From Eubacterium sp. (GTDB taxonomy: Bacteria; Bacillota; Clostridia; Lachnospirales; Lachnospiraceae), in contig JAGBOK010000031.1 in NCBI GenBank assembly GCA_017633905.1, positions 1-43,363 on the forward strand: a DNA stretch of 43,363 bases, in the 5' to 3' direction. Below are positions 38,254-43,363 of this stretch, piece after piece. Within the stretch, counting starts at the first letter, position 1; each line of letters starts with the position of its first letter. A model generated the notes under the pieces. The model made no database searches and was not told where the DNA came from. It saw only the letters and a list, made by a program, of their open reading frames with translations. The translations under genes and the position numbers were made by a program.

Positions 38254-39253
38254 TGCTCCGAGAAGAAAAATATTCGATGATGCCATTGATGTGCTGACAG
38301 GCACGGAGGAAGCGGTAGAGGCAAAGGGCGGCGTACAGGAGATTCCGATCAAGGAGATAGAGCCATTCCATGACCATCCATTCCGACTGTATGAGGGCGA
38401 GCGGCTTGATGATATGGTGGATAGCATCAAAACCCACGGGGTGCTGACTCCGGTCATTGTCAGAAAGGTGGGCAAGGGATATGAGATGCTTGCAGGACAT
38501 AATCGGGTCAATGCCGCAAGGATTGCGGATTTGGAGACGGTGCCTGCCATTGTAAAGGAAGATCTCTCTGATGAAGATGCCTATGTGTATGTCATCGAGA
38601 CGAACCTGATGCAGCGGTCATTTACGGACTTTCTACCGAGCGAAAAGGCGGTCATCCTTGCCGCACGATATGAGAATATCAAGTCGCAGGGCAAGCGGAA
38701 TGACATTTTGAGGGAGATTGCGGTGTTGCAGGGAGAGACTTCTGGTCTAATAGACCAAAAGTCGGACGAGGGCGATGATTTAACTTCTGGTCTATTAGAC
38801 CAAAAGTTAGATGGCAGGGGAAATGTGGCGGAGGAATACGGACTTTCGAGCAAGACGGTTGCCCGTCTATTGCGGCTAAATAGCCTCATCCCCGTATTTC
38901 GTGCGCTGGTAGACAAGGGCACGCTCCCCCTCTATGCAGCGGTAGAAATTTCTTTCCTGACCGAGGAGGCACAGGGCTGGATTTATGATGCGGCGGAGAA
39001 GTACAAAATCCGCATCAATATGAAATCCGCAAAGCTCTTTCGGGATGTGGGGGATGACCTGACGGTGGCGAGGGTGGACGAGATTGCCAAGGGACTTGCG
39101 GCGGGTGCAGGCAAGTCGCCCTCCAATGCATACCAGAATGTGCGATTGCCCAAAATCATCTACAAGAAATATTTTAAGGACATGAACGATGATAAGGTGC
39201 AGGCAATCCTGCAGATTGCACTGGAGCAGTATTTTAAGACGCAGACAACTTAA
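38243..39253 (+). CDS. parB: ParB/Spo0J-family partition protein
   Basis: SIKTHGVLTPVIVR, AGHNR CTPase motif, ETNLMQR, SQGKRND, HTH YGLSSKTVARLLRL. Confidence 0.92.
   Translation: MKTNAPRRKIFDDAIDVLTGTEEAVEAKGGVQEIPIKEIEPFHDHPFRLYEGERLDDMVDSIKTHGVLTPVIVRKVGKGYEMLAGHNRVNAARIADLETVPAIVKEDLSDEDAYVYVIETNLMQRSFTDFLPSEKAVILAARYENIKSQGKRNDILREIAVLQGETSGLIDQKSDEGDDLTSGLLDQKLDGRGNVAEEYGLSSKTVARLLRLNSLIPVFRALVDKGTLPLYAAVEISFLTEEAQGWIYDAAEKYKIRINMKSAKLFRDVGDDLTVARVDEIAKGLAAGAGKSPSNAYQNVRLPKIIYKKYFKDMNDDKVQAILQIALEQYFKTQTT
38737..38809. promoter_or_regulatory. Two intragenic palindromes, candidate parS sites
   Basis: ACTTCTGGTCTA-W-TAGACCAAAAGT at 38738-38762 and 38783-38807, 45 bp apart inside parB. 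Confidence 0.6.
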
Positions 39254-39273
39254 TATAGACACCAATCAAGGTT

Positions 39274-39321
39274 AAAAGAGGCGTTCGATTCTGAAATTTG
39301 AAAGAGTCGAGCGCCTTTTTT
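39274..39321 (+). terminator. Intrinsic terminator after parB
   Basis: AAAAGAGGCGTTCGATTCT / AGAGTCGAGCGCC followed by a T-run. Confidence 0.7.
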
Positions 39322-39333
39322 GTATGGCAACGA

Positions 39334-39462
39334 GCCAAGTGGGATGCATCGTGCTCGCACGAAATGCAGACCATTTGGCGACTGCAGAACACCGAAAGGC
39401 GAAGCCTTGAGGTTGTTCAGCAGCGTTGACAAAAATCGAGTGAAAAACTTTTCACTCGATTT
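39334..39462. other. Multi-hairpin structured intergenic element
   Basis: Nested stems GCCAAGTGG/CCATTTGGC enclosing CGTGC/GCACG; AAGGC-GAA-GCCTT inside GAACACC/GGTTGTTC; perfect 14 bp IR AAATCGAGTGAAAA/TTTTCACTCGATTT. Confidence 0.6.
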
Positions 39463-39500
39463 GTAACTATCAATTTCAAAAAATTAGGAGGAACACACAA

Positions 39501-39998
39501 ATGGAAAGCAGAGAAGAAAACACAAGAGCACAGGAGACGCAGCAGGAAGGAAAAAAGGAATTTCAAGAGATCACCTTGAAATTCGGTAAAGGCTGCGTGG
39601 GAGACACATTTATGGGCAAGGATGGCAAGGAGTACACGCAGATTCTGATTCCAAACAGCGATCCCGAGGATCATAGACCGTGGCAGACCTTTGTGGCGAG
39701 GGCAAATGCAGTTCACGAGGACAAGTTTGGCAAGGGGATGTGGATGAAGCTGCCTGCCGAAGGACACACCACCGTCCGTAGACCTGAGAGAGTCGGGGTC
39801 GGTGAGGACGGCAAGGGTATTTTTGAGAACCATGATACCAAAGTACCCAATCAGGAACTAAAGGAAATGGTGGAGTTTTATAAAAAGACTTCGATCCGTG
39901 ACAAAATCCAGGAGAAGAAGAGCGAGATTGCCGAGGCGAGTGCAGGAAAGCCATCTCCTGTGAGATCGAATGCCAGGGTAGCAGAGGCGGCGATTTAA
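39501..39998 (+). CDS. Hypothetical ICE protein
   Basis: Strong AGGAGG RBS; 165 aa; SIRDKI-type C-terminal tail common in conjugative element proteins. Confidence 0.7.
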   Translation: MESREENTRAQETQQEGKKEFQEITLKFGKGCVGDTFMGKDGKEYTQILIPNSDPEDHRPWQTFVARANAVHEDKFGKGMWMKLPAEGHTTVRRPERVGVGEDGKGIFENHDTKVPNQELKEMVEFYKKTSIRDKIQEKKSEIAEASAGKPSPVRSNARVAEAAI

Positions 39999-40040
39999 GC
40001 ATGTCAGAATGGAAATCCGGGAGGAAAGGAGTGGTGGATT

Positions 40041-40235
40041 TTGGACGCTATGGATTTGATGGAAAATGACGGAGCGGCGGAGACGCCTGATGTTTCTGCG
40101 GAGGATAATCCTTTGGATTCCGTTTATCCCTCAGAGGGCGACTGTAATGGTTGCCCTTATGGGAAAGCGAGCCCTTGCATCGGGTTTTGCCTCCGCAAAA
40201 TAATGAGCAAAGATTATAGAAAGCGGGGTGAGTAA
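40041..40235 (+). CDS. Small Cys-rich hypothetical protein
   Basis: CNGCPYGKASPCIGFC; AAGGAG upstream; stop adjacent to the rep start. Confidence 0.55.
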   Translation: MDAMDLMENDGAAETPDVSAEDNPLDSVYPSEGDCNGCPYGKASPCIGFCLRKIMSKDYRKRGE

Positions 40236-40236
40236 A

Positions 40237-40986
40237 ATGCCCGTATTTAGGGTAGAAAAGAGTAGGGATTACACGACGATGAGTAACTTTCATCTCCGTG
40301 ACAAGAGCCTATCCCTAAAGGCGAAAGGGTTGCTGTCGCAGATATTAAGCCTGCCGGATAACTGGAATTACAGTGTCAGCGGGCTTGCTGCGATCAACAA
40401 AGAGAGCAGGGACAGCATCCGCACCGCTATCACGGAACTAGAGGGGTGTGGCTATATCGTAAGGAACCGGCTTCGCACAAATGACGGAAAACTGGGCGAT
40501 ATGGAGTATGTGGTTCACGAAAAGCCTGTATCGCAAAAGCCAACATCGGGAGAGCCTACATTGGAAAAGCCTATGTTGGAAAATCCAACGCAGGAAAATC
40601 CAACACAGGACAAACCTACGCAGGGAAAACCAGCATTGGAAAATCCCGCAGAATTAAATACTTACTTACCAAGTACAGAAAAACAAAATACGGATAAATC
40701 AAAAAAGGATGGGAGTAAGAGCAAAGACGTAATGCGCATCTACGGCAGATACCAAAATGTGCATTTATCCGATGAGGACTTCGCAATGTTAAAAGCCTCT
40801 TTTCCTGCGGATTATGGGAAACGCATTGAGCGGTTATCGGAATATATCGAGTCTTCGGGCAAATATTACAAAAACCACTACCTGACCATCTGCCAATGGG
40901 CTAGGCAGGATGCGGAGAAGGCAAGGAGCGGCACAGCCAAAAACGGGTTTGAAAATTATGAGTGCAAGGAAGGAGAGAGTTACTGA
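40237..40986 (+). CDS. Phage-like replication initiator (N-terminal winged HTH)
   Basis: MPVFRVEKSRDYTTMSNFHLRDKSLSLKAKGLL...ELEGCGYI; C-terminal YGRYQNVHLS..IERLSEYIESSGKYYKNHY. GTG 40228 is an alternative start. Confidence 0.8.
   Translation: MPVFRVEKSRDYTTMSNFHLRDKSLSLKAKGLLSQILSLPDNWNYSVSGLAAINKESRDSIRTAITELEGCGYIVRNRLRTNDGKLGDMEYVVHEKPVSQKPTSGEPTLEKPMLENPTQENPTQDKPTQGKPALENPAELNTYLPSTEKQNTDKSKKDGSKSKDVMRIYGRYQNVHLSDEDFAMLKASFPADYGKRIERLSEYIESSGKYYKNHYLTICQWARQDAEKARSGTAKNGFENYECKEGESY
40519..40653 (+). repeat. Nine tandem 15 bp repeats inside rep (iteron-like)
   Basis: Units such as GAAAATCCAACGCAG and GAAAATCCAACACAG encode EKPVS QKPTS GEPTL EKPML ENPTQ ENPTQ DKPTQ GKPAL ENPAE, followed by an A-rich tract. 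Confidence 0.8.
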
Positions 40987-41831
40987 TGGACATAACAAGC
41001 ACGATGGAACATTTAAGCACGGCGGCGTGGAAACTGCCGAACGCCTGCGATTACAAGGGCGAGGATGGCTTGCTCTACTGTGGGAAATGCCACACCAAAA
41101 AAGAGGGCAGATATCCATTTGGGGATCGGATGATTCAGGTACATCTGATGTGCAAATGCGAGCATGACCGCTACGAAGCGGAGAAAAAGGAGCGAGAGCG
41201 GCAGGAACGCATCGAGGCTATCGAGCGGATGAAAGCAACCTGTATCCATGACCGGCATTTGATGGAATGTACTTTTGCCAGGGATGACGGGACGCTTCCC
41301 CAGATTGCTTCGGCAAAGAGATATGTGGAGACCTGGCGGGAGCGGAAGGCGAACAATGACGGACTCCTGCTCTGGGGCGATGTGGGATGCGGCAAGACAT
41401 TTTATGCGGCGTGTGTCGCCAATGCCTTGATTGAAGAAGGCGTGTCGGTGTTGATGACGAATTTCTCCAAAATTCTGAATAAGCTGAGCGGTCTGTACTC
41501 GGATGATAAAAATGAATTTATCAGATCTATGATGCAGTATTCGCTACTCATCATTGATGATTTCGGGATTGAGCGGAACACGGAGTACGCATTGGAGCAG
41601 GTTTACAACATCATTGACGAGCGGTACAAGACCAAGCTGCCGCTGATCGTGACTACGAATCTATCCTTGAATTCGCTGAAGAATCCGGAGGATACGGCAC
41701 ATAAACGGATTTATGACAGGGTGCTTTCGATGTGCGTACCCGTGAAGTTTCTGGGGATAAACCACAGGACAAAGGAGGCAGAGGGCAAGATCAAATCTTG
41801 CAGGGCAATATTTGAAGGGAGTGTGGAATGA
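40986..41831 (+). CDS. DnaC/IstB-like helicase loader ATPase
   Basis: TGATG overlap with rep; Zn motif CGKC..CKC; Walker A GDVGCGKT; LLIIDDFG; IVTTN; RIYDR. Confidence 0.9.
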   Translation: MDITSTMEHLSTAAWKLPNACDYKGEDGLLYCGKCHTKKEGRYPFGDRMIQVHLMCKCEHDRYEAEKKERERQERIEAIERMKATCIHDRHLMECTFARDDGTLPQIASAKRYVETWRERKANNDGLLLWGDVGCGKTFYAACVANALIEEGVSVLMTNFSKILNKLSGLYSDDKNEFIRSMMQYSLLIIDDFGIERNTEYALEQVYNIIDERYKTKLPLIVTTNLSLNSLKNPEDTAHKRIYDRVLSMCVPVKFLGINHRTKEAEGKIKSCRAIFEGSVE

Positions 41832-42301
41832 ATGTAGCAGACAGCCTTTATGAAATCAGGCGGGGCAGTATATGCGAGCTTCTTACGAGGCGTGAAACAA
41901 TGACAGGAGCGGCACAGGCTTGGATGAGGGAGCATCCGTCGGAATATGAGCGGTTGTATTCCTTTCAGGCGAGATTCGTGTTGGTGATGAAGTGCCTCAA
42001 GGCGGATGATGGCGGGGACGGTGGTATCCTTGCCGCTATGGTTTTTGATAAGCCGATGAAAAATTCCAAGGCGATTGCCATCAACGGCAAGAGGCATTGG
42101 GTACGGTTTTCGGATTTTATCGCAATTCCGAGGGAGATGCTGATACTAGCCTGCGGTAAGCGGCTGGATAGGGCAGGAAAAACAATCTCTGCCATCTATG
42201 ATGCACACCGCAGGGCAAAGAGCCGGGACTGGCACATCCGGCAGAAGAGGCTTGAGGAAGAAAAGAAATTTAAAGGAGGAGGACGATGCAAGATGAAATA
42301 A
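41828..42301 (+). CDS. Hypothetical protein
   Basis: ATGA overlap with the DnaC-like gene; fills the gap to pcfB. Confidence 0.6.
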   Translation: MNVADSLYEIRRGSICELLTRRETMTGAAQAWMREHPSEYERLYSFQARFVLVMKCLKADDGGDGGILAAMVFDKPMKNSKAIAINGKRHWVRFSDFIAIPREMLILACGKRLDRAGKTISAIYDAHRRAKSRDWHIRQKRLEEEKKFKGGGRCKMK

Positions 42302-42831
42302 ATCAACGGGTCGTGGCTCTGGTGGTGCGGATGGGAAGCAAGGGCGGCAGGATGACTACGGATGTCCTAAAATCCGCCCTGCGGAAATATCTGCGCCAGC
42401 AGGAGACCAAGAAACAGACTAAAAACGAAATACATAGGCAGAAGAAGATTAAAAAGGCAATGGAGCCGAAGCACGGCAAGCAGACGATAGGGGAGCTGAT
42501 GGATCAGAATCAGGGGCTTTCCAATATCGAGATCACCGACCAGAATATCAAGTCATTTGAGCGGGTAGCGAACAAGTATCATGTAGATTTTGCGTTAAAG
42601 AAAGACAGGTCGTCGGACTTGGCAAAATATGTGGTCTTTTTCAAAGCAAGGGATGTAGATGTGATGACGGCGGCGTTTAAGGAGTATTCTGCGATTGAGC
42701 TTACCAAGTCCAAGAAGCCATCCATACGTCAGAAAATACAGCTGGCGAAGGCGATGATTATGGAGCGTGATAAGGCGCAGAGCAAAGACCATATGCGTCA
42801 GAAGAACCGCAGCAAGGGGCAGGACCGATGA
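42286..42831 (+). CDS. pcfB: PcfB-family (DUF3801) conjugation protein
   Basis: MQDEINQRVVAL, HGKQTIGEL, IKSFERVANKYHVDFALKKD, YVVFFKARDVDVMTAAFKEY. Confidence 0.85.
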   Translation: MQDEINQRVVALVVRMGSKGGRMTTDVLKSALRKYLRQQETKKQTKNEIHRQKKIKKAMEPKHGKQTIGELMDQNQGLSNIEITDQNIKSFERVANKYHVDFALKKDRSSDLAKYVVFFKARDVDVMTAAFKEYSAIELTKSKKPSIRQKIQLAKAMIMERDKAQSKDHMRQKNRSKGQDR

Positions 42832-43363
42832 GCGGGGTGAAGAAATCCGCGCGTAGGAGCGCGGCAGGAAAAAACACCCCGAAGAGTACGGCAAAGAAGA
42901 CTGCACGGAAAAAGCAAAATGCGATAGAGAAATTCATCGCAGAAAAGATGGATGAGATAAAAAAGGCAGATACCAAGAAGCTGATCATTCTGAATCTGCC
43001 TTTTATCATCGTATGGTACTTTGTGGACAAGCTCGCATGGCTATATCGCGTGGCAGATGCAGAGCAGGCGGCGTACAAAATCAGTTTCGTGGCGATGAAT
43101 GCATCGGATGCGTTTTCCAATCCGCTTCCGAGCATACATCCCTATGACATACTGGCAGGCATTGTGGGAGGAGGCATTTTAAAAGCGGTGGTGGAATACA
43201 GGAAACATAACGCAAAGAAATTTCGGCACGGTGTGGAGTATGGCTCCGCGCGGTGGGGCACGGCAAAGGACATCGAGCCGTTTGTGGACGAAAAGCCGGA
43301 CAACAATATCATACTGACGGCATCGGAGAGCCTGACGATGAGTAGCCGCCCGAAGAATCCGAA
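42828..43363 (+). CDS. virD4: VirD4/TraG type IV coupling protein (CD1115-like), 5' part
   Basis: Manual translation from ATG 42828 (ATGA overlap): ...KKLIILNLPF...PSIHPYDILAG...NAKKFRHGVEYGSARWGTAKDIEPF..NNIILTASESLTMSSRPKNP, open to the window end. Confidence 0.88.
   Translation, partial: MSGVKKSARRSAAGKNTPKSTAKKTARKKQNAIEKFIAEKMDEIKKADTKKLIILNLPFIIVWYFVDKLAWLYRVADAEQAAYKISFVAMNASDAFSNPLPSIHPYDILAGIVGGGILKAVVEYRKHNAKKFRHGVEYGSARWGTAKDIEPFVDEKPDNNIILTASESLTMSSRPKNP

Larger units (their letters stand above)
36961..43363 (+). mobile_element. Left arm of an integrative conjugative element, continuing beyond the window
   Basis: xis-like, parA, parB, rep, DnaC-like, pcfB and virD4 in the typical order of clostridial conjugative transposons; begins where a host gene is cut. 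Confidence 0.85.

Noticed and set aside
37227-43363. Prophage interpretation of the xis/rep/DnaC genes
   Set aside because: They are followed by pcfB and virD4 conjugation genes, with no phage structural or lysis genes.

Overview
A 43 kb chromosomal segment whose gene families suggest a Lachnospiraceae/Butyrivibrio-like anaerobic Firmicute (taxonomy inferred). All family calls come from motif recognition, not database searches. From left to right: (1) a partial Rpn/PD-(D/E)XK gene absent from the ORF track, an internally deleted IS256 relic, a large membrane-anchored protein, ogg and an MCP. (2) An ~18.5 kb co-oriented cluster (6623-25179) that looks like an uncharacterised carrier-protein-free biosynthesis/export locus: two GT2-GH3 fusions with degenerate GH3 ATP loops, three more GT2s, an ATP-grasp ligase, an HxxxD acyltransferase, a carboxylesterase, a heterodimeric ABC exporter, a STAS anti-anti-sigma and a sensor PP2C phosphatase. 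(3) An Eco47II/Sau96I-like type II R-M pair. (4) A secreted GLUG/LRR protein, a DHH phosphoesterase with a duplicated C-terminal domain, and a TIR-TM-beta-propeller protein. (5) HAD and MFS genes, plus a spermidine-synthase-like gene cut near 36960 by (6) the left end of a conjugative element (DUF6462-type xis, parA, parB with internal palindromes, rep with iterons, DnaC-like loader, pcfB, virD4). A REP-like palindrome (GTTACTATTCACGGCTGTCACTC / GAGTGACAGCCGTGAATAGTAAC) recurs at gene ends and supplies the identical C-terminus VTIHG-stop to two unrelated transporters. No rRNA, tRNA or CRISPR array was seen.
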